Shown: positions 1-7,861, counted from the first letter of the stretch. The stretch: DNA of 32,215 nucleotides from an uncultured Candidatus Saccharibacteria bacterium (GCA_964565105.1 CAZMCG010000004.1:1-32215); one strand, 5' to 3'. The notes: generated by a model not told the origin, from the letters alone. A program made the numbers and translations.

Positions 1-64
1 GCTTCAGTGAAACATTTCCCTTGGTCATCTCAGACAAGGTAATCCCAGAGCCACCCTTGCCCAT
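1..64 (-). CDS. 5' end of an unidentified gene running off the left edge (MGKGGSGITLSEMTKGNVSLK...)
   Basis: ATG at 64-62 (minus strand) opens a frame that is still open at position 1. Only 21 codons are visible and no motif is recognised. Confidence 0.25.
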   Translation of the reverse strand, partial: MGKGGSGITLSEMTKGNVSLK

Positions 65-277
65 CTTTTGATGTTTAATTCGTGATTCTCCAAAAGAGCG
101 TCGCAGTTGACGCCCACACAACCTTGTCCAAAAGAACAAAGTCCATTTTTTGTGGGGGGGGGTAGATATAAAAGACACTTTAGATACTTTACAAAAACGC
201 TTAAGCATTGAGTTTATTATATCATTTTTGAATTTTAAGTAAATGTTAAAGATGAATAGTGCAACCAATCACAATTA

Positions 278-298
278 ATTCAAGGCCGGACCTTGAAT
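278..298 (-). terminator. Hairpin ~105 nt downstream of prfA stop, possible intrinsic terminator
   Basis: 8-bp stem attcaagg/ccttgaat with a 5-nt loop. On the minus strand it is followed by TTAATTGTGATT, which is only moderately T-rich. Confidence 0.35.
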
Positions 299-402
299 GG
301 TTTATTGGGTGTTGAAAAGTTCGCAGTTGTCAGTCATATTCTCCACTTGAATAAACCACATCTAACCTACTCGGTTTTTTAATGAGTGAGGATCGCTATA
401 GC

Positions 403-1170
403 TTAATCCTGGGTCGCATCTTTTTTTCTAAATGCTTTAATAATTGGCTCTAGGTTTCCATCAAGAACCTTTTCAATGTTACTAAATTTCTTTTTTATGC
501 GATGGTCTGTAATCCTATCTTGGGGAAAATTGTAAGTACGAATTTTTTCTGATCGGTCGGCAGTGCCGATTTGATCCCTCCTTAATGTACCCATTTCTGC
601 TTGTTGTTTTTTTATTTGAGCTTCATAAAGTTTTGATCTTAAAATCTCCATCGCCACTTCTCTATTTTTGCTTTGTTCTCGTCCTGCTTGCGAGGAGACA
701 ACAACCCCAGTTGGTTTATGTACTATGCGAACGGCAGTTTCAACTTTATTTACATTTTGCCCACCTGGACCAGAAGAGCGGAAGAAAGATACTTCTAGGT
801 CACTAGGGTTTATGTTAACTTTTTTTGATTCAACGACGGGCATTATTGCGACAGACGCGGTTGATGTATGAACTCGGCCCTGCTTTTCTGTTTCTGGGAT
901 TCTTTGTACGCGATGCACTCCCGATTCATACTTAAGAGATGCATATGGTTCTAGGATAGACTCCGTGGTGGACACTTCTTGTTTTGGAGCTTTAATTTGA
1001 GCTATGAATGTTTTATAGCCGGAAAGCGTTGTGCGGTTTTCTTCAAGTACGGAAACCTTCCAGTTTTTATTTTCCGCGAAGCGTTTGTACATACGCGCAA
1101 GATCCCCCGCGAATATAGCAGCTTCATCACCCCCAGCCCCCGCTCGTATTTCTATAATTACTTTGTTCAT
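403..1170 (-). CDS. prfA: Peptide chain release factor 1, N-terminally short form (255 aa, domain 1 absent)
   Basis: Carries an RF1-type PxT context (RIPETEKQGRVHTS), the GGQ motif (SGPGGQNVNKVETAVRIVHKPTG) and a C-terminal RTYNFPQDRITDHR. The first residues MNKVIIEIRAGAGGDEAAIFAGDL align by eye to about residue 105 of E. coli RF1. The gene lies 71 nt downstream of rpmE. Confidence 0.85.
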   Translation of the reverse strand: MNKVIIEIRAGAGGDEAAIFAGDLARMYKRFAENKNWKVSVLEENRTTLSGYKTFIAQIKAPKQEVSTTESILEPYASLKYESGVHRVQRIPETEKQGRVHTSTASVAIMPVVESKKVNINPSDLEVSFFRSSGPGGQNVNKVETAVRIVHKPTGVVVSSQAGREQSKNREVAMEILRSKLYEAQIKKQQAEMGTLRRDQIGTADRSEKIRTYNFPQDRITDHRIKKKFSNIEKVLDGNLEPIIKAFRKKDATQD

Positions 1171-1190
1171 AATTAAAACGTCCTAGTTTG

Positions 1191-1228
1191 TATATAAATA
1201 TTCTTGCTATATCAAGAATATTTATATA
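1191..1228. repeat. Perfect 16-bp AT-rich inverted repeat in the rpmE-prfA intercistronic gap
   Basis: tatataaatattcttg (1191-1206) / caagaatatttatata (1213-1228) with a 6-nt loop, read directly from the sequence. Confidence 0.85.
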
Positions 1229-1241
1229 GAAGGTTTTGTGA

Positions 1242-1712
1242 CTATTTTTTCGTGGTTTTATTCTTTACAACTACCTGTCCGGTTATGGGCTTACTGTTTT
1301 CCAAGGATTTCCTTGAGGCTGTTTTTTTAATTGGCTCCTTAACTGTTTTAGTAATTTTTTTGGAGGACTTTTTTTGTTTTGATTTATCCTGTGTGCTGTG
1401 CATTGATAAATCGGAAGCCTTCGATGGGGGTCGTGAATTATCGGATCCTGATTTTGTTGGAATTATTTTTTTACCTACTGACCCAGGGGAAGCTGGGACT
1501 TTTGCAGCCTCAGCCCTTTTTCGACGCGTTTTAAATTTTTCGACGCGACCCGCAGTATCAATAAGCTTTTCCTTGCCTGTATAAAAGGGGTGGCACTTAC
1601 TGCAAATCTCAACAGTCATTTTCTCACGCGTGGATTCTATCTTATGCACAGCACCGCATGCACAAGTTATGGTTGCTTCGGGAAAATATTTAGGATGTAT
1701 GTCTTGCTTCAT
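1242..1712 (-). CDS. rpmE: 50S ribosomal protein L31 with ~85-aa Lys/Ser/Thr-rich C-terminal extension
   Basis: The N-terminal ~70 aa is [60 protein letters not shown], an L31 signature with Cys pairs. The rest is a low-complexity basic tail. Confidence 0.85.
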   Translation of the reverse strand: MKQDIHPKYFPEATITCACGAVHKIESTREKMTVEICSKCHPFYTGKEKLIDTAGRVEKFKTRRKRAEAAKVPASPGSVGKKIIPTKSGSDNSRPPSKASDLSMHSTQDKSKQKKSSKKITKTVKEPIKKTASRKSLENSKPITGQVVVKNKTTKK

Positions 1713-2004
1713 GGTTTTAATATTTTGTTTTAGTTGGGCTGAGTAATTTTAATTATAAGTTAATTCGTAAACTAAGGGGTATGTGTTTTTATAATAAAGT
1801 TATTTAAACAACTTGGACTATACGGGGGCGATCCAATGAGTTGGCTTTAATAACTTTAGATTAAATTTCATTATCTGTAATTGATCAGCCCTAGTCAACC
1901 CCGCCTAGAAAGTGTTGTGTTGCATGTACGACTTGAGTTGCATGTAGTGATTCATTTCTAACGAAGTCAACTTTCGATAAGGGTAGATTGCTTCAGGTCT
2001 TTGT

Positions 2005-2031
2005 CTCCGCGTTTACGGCGGAGCGATTTTT
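2005..2031 (+). terminator. Orphan GC hairpin plus T-run with no upstream ORF
   Basis: Stem ctccgc/gcggag with a 7-nt loop, followed by cgattttt. No plus-strand ORF ends upstream of it. Confidence 0.3.
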
Positions 2032-2248
2032 GGTGGGGTCGGGTTTGTGTAAGAGATTAGTATTCTACGGGTACTTTCTGCGTCTGCGCAATATTTTAGG
2101 ATTAAATTCAACTTATTCCGTGTGTGCACCTTTCTTTTATAAATAGGTAATTTAATTGGAAATAAAGATTCCAGTAATCATTTTAGTCGTTTATTGAATT
2201 TAGAGTTTGTAATATAATGTGATTTAAAAAGGGGGTCTGTATATGGTA

Positions 2249-2278
2249 TTGACATTGGTAGTTGAGAATGTATATAAT
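2249..2278 (+). promoter_or_regulatory. Sigma70-type consensus promoter for the 23S-5S rRNA operon
   Basis: TTGACA (2249-2254), an 18-nt spacer, then TATAAT (2273-2278). It lies ~340 nt upstream of the 23S processing stem. Confidence 0.6.
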
Positions 2279-2639
2279 TCGAGCGTGATGATAGGATTGA
2301 TAAGAATATCAAGTGGCTAATTGAAGCGGCGACTTTCGCATGTTTATAGGCCGCTTGTAGAGGGCGGTTTTTTAGTCCCGAAAGAAGTGACAGATTTTTA
2401 AAAAATGACTTTCTCTCATATCCCAGAATTTAGAGAGAAAGATTAATATATAGGACATGATTTCCTCCTCTTCTCAAACTCGGAGGGAGTCAGAAAGTCC
2501 TTCTTCTTTTGCATGAAGAAGGCAATATAATTTTTGTTCTTATCAGAACAAAATTATATCAATTATAGACTTTCTTTTTTAAGAAAGTCATGTCAATCAA
2601 GAGTATTGGCTCTTGAATGGCCGGTTTCTTAACGTATTA

Positions 2640-2720
2640 CCCCGCCTTCTATGCTCGTGATTATTTATTCGGAACCTTGTTTGGGTGTTCGGATATTGAT
2701 GGTGAGCACAGATGGCGGGG
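2640..2720 (+). other. 81-nt hairpin insertion near the 23S 5' end
   Basis: Closed by ccccgcc (2640-2646) / ggcgggg (2714-2720). It interrupts the equivalent of E. coli GGTTAAGCGA|CTAAGCGTAC. Confidence 0.6.
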
Positions 2721-3299
2721 TGCGATAAGGGCGTACGGAGGATGCCTTGACACAAAGTAGCGATGAAGGACGTGACGTAGCTGCGATAAGCTTCGGGGAG
2801 GTGTGTAGTAACCTTAGATCCGGAGATTTCCGAATGGGGAAACCCGGCAGAGTAAACCTCTGTCATCCCAATGCATAAGACATTGTGGAAGTGCACCCAG
2901 GGAAGTGAAACATCTCAGTACCTGGAGGAAAAGAGAACGAATGTTATTCCCTTAGTAGCGGCGAGCGAAAAGGGATAAGCCCAAACCAGATTTTCTTTTA
3001 GAAAATCTGGGGTTGTAAGATAGAAACATTCTGTTTTTTACGAACACCGCATAGTGGATGTTCGTAAGAAGCGGAGGGGAGTTATAAATTTATTTGCTAG
3101 TTGAAGAGTGCTGGAAAGCCTAACTATAGAGGGTGATAGTCCCGTAAGCGAAAGCGAATAAACTTTCCGTTTTTACTCTGACTTTTTAAGTTGGAGACTT
3201 GGCTCCGTAAGGATGCCAGGGATCTTGAGTACCTCGACACAAGAAAGTGTTGTGGGAATCATCCCGTACTATCGGGAAAGGCTAAATATACTTTGTGAT

Positions 3300-3338
<39 letters not shown>

Positions 3339-3396
3339 GCCCGGTGAGGGCGGTGAAATAGACCTGAAACCGTATGCCTACAAGGAGTCGGAGCCC

Positions 3397-3549
3397 GAAG
3401 CATTGCTTCGCAATGCGTTCGAATTGTCGGAATTGTTTGATGTTGGACACGATTGAGTCAAAGTCTCGTCTCAGTGGTTAATCCAACAAATCCAACAACT
3501 CAAACAAGGCTACAGAGTAGCCGATCGAACCCATCGCGAAGCGATGCCG
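3397..3549 (+). other. IVS-like expansion replacing the tip of 23S helix 25
   Basis: About 150 nt lies between ggagccc and gggtgacggcgtgcc, where E. coli has a ~20-nt hairpin. It is closed by a long imperfect stem (gaagcattgcttcgcaatgcgttcg / cgaacccatcgcgaagcgatgc). Confidence 0.7.
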
Positions 3550-3954
3550 GGTGACGGCGTGCCTATTGAAGAATGAACCAACGAGTTTATGTGTATTGTA
3601 AGTCTAAGTTCCAGAGGAACGGAGGCGGAGCGAAAGCGAGTGTGAATAGCGCGAATCACCTTGTCTTTGACAAGGTGTGTAACAGTATGCATAAGACCCG
3701 AAACCAAGCGAGCTTACCTTGGCCAGGGTGAAGTTCCGAGAAGTCGGAATGGAGGCCCGCACCGTTGAGTGTCACAAAACTCTCGGATGAGCTGAGGTAA
3801 GGAGTGAAAAGCTAATCGAGCTTGGTAATAGCTGGTTCTCTCCGAAACAGTTTTTGGACTGGCGTCGTATGATCCCCTCTGGGGGTAGAGCACTGGATGA
3901 TGTGAACAGGGCTAACGCTCGTCACACCAATCAAACTCCGAATACCAGAGGAGG

Positions 3955-4213
3955 GTGATGTGTCTCATACATCTCACGAATGTGATGGAGTGAATTTTGT
4001 CTCAGATTCGAGGCGCGAGGAGCTTGCATATCATGGTGATACGCAAGTGACGAGCAATAAAGAATATGGACAAGACTCACCCGCTTCCAAAATGAATAGA
4101 ATATATCGTTGCTCCGCTTCGATAGTATTGCGTGGCAATATATCTGGTTGTCGCACCTTATACTCTATTTATTTTGAAACTTCACATGACGTGATATGTG
4201 TGAGATACATCAC
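3955..4213 (+). other. 259-nt unclassified insertion in 23S domain II closed by a ~23-bp stem
   Basis: gtgatgtgtctcatacatctcac (3955-3977) pairs with gtgatatgtgtgagatacatcac (4191-4213). The flanks ccgaataccagagg and taacagtacggcag are contiguous in E. coli, at about positions 920-940 by my hand count. Confidence 0.7.
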
Positions 4214-4484
4214 TAACAGTACGGCAGTTAGACTGTGGGGGCTAAGCTCCATGGTCGAAAGGGAAACAGCCCAGATCGTAGTCTAAGGTCCCAAAGTGCT
4301 TGCTAAGTGTTAAAGGTAGTGATTCGCCACAGACAGATAGGAGGTTGGCTTAGAGGCAGCCATCCTTTAAAGAGTGCGTAATAGCTCACTATTCGACTAT
4401 ACTCATCGAAGCTTCGGCAGAGATGAGTCGGCGAGTTGCGCCGAAGATTCAACGGGGCTAAGCAAGCCACCGAAGACACGGATT

Positions 4485-4765
4485 CGCGGATTTCATTGAG
4501 GAAAAATGTACCTAGAAGGAGCGTAGTTATGGATTCAACAGAAAAAGATGGATGGGATGCAAGTTGCATCTATCCCTTTAGCTGTGATTGTGTAAATTCA
4601 CCAAACAACGAATTAGGTGGTGAGGAAGGTTTTGCGAGTGAAGCCTGTCCGGTACACAATGAGTGGACATTCCCGTGTGAGGGTTGTCCAGCTCAAAGAC
4701 ATTGAAACTACGGAAGATGGGAGTAGGAAGCCGAGGAGTTCCTCGGTTCCTCAATGAAATCCGTG
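4485..4765 (+). other. IVS-like expansion replacing the tip of 23S helix 45
   Basis: cgcggatttcattgagg (4485-4501) pairs with cctcaatgaaatccgtg (4749-4765). The flanks caccgaagacacgg and agtggtaggagagcgttc correspond to E. coli 1150-1195, where H45 is about 22 nt. Confidence 0.75.
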
Positions 4766-5335
4766 AGTGGTAGGAGAGCGTTCCCAGGGCGCTGAAGGAG
4801 GATTCGTGAGAACCTCTGGAGCGCTGGGAAGTGAAAATGTTGGTATGAGTAACCGCAAATTCGGTGAGAAACCGGATCCCCGAAAATCCAAGGTTTCCGT
4901 GGCAATGGCAATCAGCCACGGGTTAGGCGGGCCTAAGGCAATGGCGAAAGCCGCAGCCGATGGACAGCTGGTCAATATTCCAGCCCTTCCTTATAGTATG
5001 ACCTAATGGAGGGACGGAGCACATAAGCAAGAGTGCGTTATTGGTTTCGCATCGCTTGCCCTAAGGGTCGTAGTCTAGGTAAATCCGGACTACTGATTTA
5101 GATTTCAAGATCCGTGGGTCGGCGGAAGACTAGGGTTTGCCTTAGTCAACTTTTGTGAAGAGGCTTCCAAGAAAAACTTCTAGGGCAGTAATCTCTCGAG
5201 ATTACGAATCTATAAGGAATCCGTACCGAAAACCGACACAGGTGGATAGGGCGAGTAGCCCAAGGGGAACGAGTGAGTCCTCGCTAAGGAACTCGGCAAA
5301 AAAGCGGCCGTAACTTCGGGATAAGGCCTGCCTTG

Positions 5336-5474
5336 GCGTATCACACGGTGTGTGATGAGTAGCTGATAGTTGTTAGTGACTAGTGGTTAGGAAAATCAAA
5401 ATCAAGTTTTATGAGAACCTATAAACTAGAAGCTAAACATTAAAAACTAGAGCATCGCGCTTCGCGTGATGCGT
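5336..5474 (+). other. AT-rich expansion in 23S domain IV (E. coli ~1710-1750 region)
   Basis: About 140 nt lies between taacttcgggataaggcctgcc and caaggccgcagcgaaagt...gactgtttactaaaaacacag, against ~50 nt in E. coli. Terminal hairpins are atcacacggtgtgtgat and gcatcgcgcttcgcgtgatgc. Confidence 0.6.
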
Positions 5475-6163
5475 CAAGGCCGCAGCGAAAGTATCTCTGG
5501 CGACTGTTTACTAAAAACACAGGTCCCTGCTAACACGTAAGTGGATGTATAGGGGCTGACGCCTGACCGATGCGGGAAGGTTAAGTCTGGGGGTGCCTAG
5601 CACTTTGTTTTTAATTTTTTGAAAATAAAGTGCTAGGTGCTCACTGGGTGAAGCCCCCGTCAATGTCAGCGGTAACTATAACCGTTCTAAGGTAGCGCAA
5701 TTCCTTTCCGGGTAAGTTCCGGAGCGCACGAAAGGCGTAACGACTGGAGAACTGTCTCAGCGAGGAGCTCGGTGAAAATGCAATACCCGTGAAGATGCGG
5801 GTTACCTGCAGTGGGACGAGAAGACCCCGGGAGCTTTACTGGAGCTTGGTATTGTTTTTAGCGTTTGTTTGCGCAGCATAGTAGGGAGACTTTGAAGCGA
5901 TAGTTTCGGTTATCGTGGAGTCGCAAGTGAGATACCTACCTTTCAGATGTTAAATACTAACTTTGTGGGCAAAAACCACAGGGGACAGTGCCTGGCGGAC
6001 AGTTTACATGGGGCGTGTTCCTCCCAAAGAGTAACGGAGGAGTTTATTAAGGTCAGCTTGGTCCGGATGGAAATCGGACTGGACGTGCAAAGGCTTAAGC
6101 TGGCTTAACTGCAAGACCTACAAGTCGCGCAGGTGCGAAAGCAGAACTTAGCGACCCGACAGC

Positions 6164-6282
6164 TATACCAGTGCCCCGCACTGGGATGACGAATTTCGAA
6201 GTCCGAATTTCGATTAAAACAATTCGAAACTAGAAACTAGAAATTCAAAATTCCAATGCGGAGCATTGGTTCTTTATAGAAC
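6164..6282 (+). other. ~120-nt insertion in 23S domain V (E. coli ~2400 region) with twin hairpins and internal micro-repeats
   Basis: Hairpins ccagtgccccgcactgg (6168-6184) and ccaatgcggagcattgg (6253-6269) flank an AT-rich core. The core has gaatttcga x2 and gaaacta x2. E. coli has about 27 nt here. Confidence 0.6.
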
Positions 6283-6291
6283 GGCTGGAGA

Positions 6292-6326
<35 letters not shown>

Positions 6327-6461
6327 GTACCGCCCAAGAGTCCATATCGACGGCGGTGTTCGGCACCTCGATGTCGGCTCATCTCATCCTGGGGCTGAAG
6401 CAGGTCCCAAGGGTTTGGCTGTTCGCCAATTAAAGAGGTACGCGAGCTGGGTTTAGACCGT

Positions 6462-6843
6462 TTAGAAACTGAATTAGGAATTAAGAATGATTCGGTTTTT
6501 GAACGGTCTGAATCCGAGGTTTCCGCCAAAAAGGCGGATAAAAAGACATTAAATCACGGCGGCGTTCTGTAGAAATACAGAAACGGCAAGTTGGCTATAT
6601 GCTGGAAACCTATAGATAGGCAATCAGCAGGAAAGACTCGTTGCGAAAGCGGCGCGTGGATAGTCGCGGACTGGACATGGAAGATCGCAGAAATATTCTG
6701 CGTGATTCTGCGCATGGTCGGCGAAGTTCTGCGCTTGCACTATGCAAGAGAATCCTCAGAGACTATATGCCAACTACCGAAGTGCATACCAAGCGTATGT
6801 AACCGGTAAAGATATAGTCCAATTCTATTAGACCACTAGAAAG
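6462..6843 (+). mobile_element. Group I intron (ORF-less, 382 nt) inserted after the U2593 equivalent of 23S rRNA
   Basis: - The exons rejoin to gggtttagaccgt|cgtgagacagg, matching E. coli GGGUUUAGAACGU|CGUGAGACAG.
- The 5' exon ends in U (6461) and the intron ends in G (6843).
- The R element tcagagactata (6756-6767) and S element aagatatagtcc (6809-6820) form P7 with a bulged A.
- P/Q-like elements are atgctggaaa (6599-6608) and aatcagcagg (6622-6631).
- P3 pairs ttggc (6591-6595) with gccaa (6769-6773).
- The candidate guide acggtctgaa (6503-6512) pairs with the last 10 nt of the 5' exon. Confidence 0.9.
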
Positions 6844-7513
6844 CGTGAGACAGGTTGGTCTTTATCTACTGTAGGCGTGAAACGTTTGAGAGAAGTTGAC
6901 CCTAGTACGAGAGGACCGGGTTGAACGAACCTCTGGTCTATGGGCTTTGCCACCAGGTGAAGTGCCCAGTAGCTATGTTCGGACGGGATAAGCGCTGAAA
7001 GCATCTAAGTGCGAAGCCCCTCTCGAGATTAAACGTAGGTCCCTGGAAGACGACCAGGTTGATAGGCTCTAGGTGTAAGTACGGCAACGTATTGAGCCAA
7101 GGAGTACTAATAGACCGTTAGCGTTAGGAACCGGCCATTCAGGAGTTGATATTTTAACCTTTTTATTATAGAAAGGTTTGATTGACAAAGTATGCAAATA
7201 AAAATAGGTTTTACTTTAAGTGAGAAGTTAAAAAGTGATTGATGAAATTGGGTATTCAATTTTAATTTGCTCCGCGAAATTTTAGCGGTGCAGGGCAAGC
7301 ATCACATCGAGGTTGTTTTTGATGATTTTTCGGTGATTTAGTTGTATGTGTCCTGCTTTCCGCTCATTTTCAATGAGCGAGACTCGCAAAGAGCAAGACC
7401 CGGTGACTTACCCCCGCCTATGTGTTCTTCACATAGCGGGATTGCGATTTCTTTCCATTCGCCTTATTCGTGGATAAATCGGAAACATTTCGACTTGCCC
7501 CGTGAGATTTTGT

Positions 7514-7624
7514 TTGCTGGTGTTTTACTTAAGTGTGCCCCACCTCTTCCCATTTCGAACAGAGAAGTGAAAGTACTTGAGCCTGATGATAGTTCATAAG
7601 AGCGAAAGTAGGGTACGCCAGCAA
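7514..7624 (+). rRNA. rrf: 5S rRNA
   Basis: Helix I pairs ttgctggtg with cgccagcaa. The internal consensus is ccacctcttcccatttcgaacagagaagtgaaag ... cctgatgatagt ... gagcgaaagtagggtacgcc. Length is 111 nt. Confidence 0.92.
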
Positions 7625-7750
7625 TCAAAATCTTTTATGGGTGCTCGGAAGCAGAGCCTCGTACCAAACTTTGTTCTAGTGTTGGGGCGAAAGTTCTAAT
7701 TCCGCCTGCGTAAAGTACAGTTATGGCATTGAGGATCCTCGATTTTGTTG

Positions 7751-7861
7751 TTGTCGCTGGGGCAGAGACAAAATTGGGACGCTTAGGCGTTTGTGATAGT
7801 CCGCACGGGCGTCCCCCGAAGGCCGATTCACCCCTAGTGGAAGGGTAGGCTACGCCGGCAA
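7751..7861 (+). ncRNA. 5S-sized (111 nt) 5S-derived degenerate copy or unknown small RNA
   Basis: The ends ttgtcg / cggcaa can form a helix I analogue. The 3' 23 nt (gtaggctacgccggcaattaaaa) match the 5S 3' end plus flank (gtagggtacgccagcaatcaaaa) at 20/23. The tgtgatagtcc block resembles tgatgatagttc. The loop C consensus (CCGAAC...GAAGTGAAA) is missing. Confidence 0.4.

Noticed and set aside
6-13. parS search: GTGAAACA half-sites at 6-13 and 2905-2912.
   Set aside because: Neither is part of the TGTTTCAC-GTGAAACA palindrome, and the second is conserved 23S sequence. No convincing parS was found near parAB.
3955-4765. Additional group I introns in the other large 23S inserts.
   Set aside because: No R/S-type P7 elements or P4/P6 consensus could be found by eye. 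The inserts sit at helix tips (H25, H45) typical of IVS or expansion segments rather than at conserved single-stranded intron sites.
7342-7599. 85-aa ORF spanning the 23S-5S spacer and most of the 5S gene.
   Set aside because: It overlaps a confidently identified 5S rRNA and has no protein motifs.
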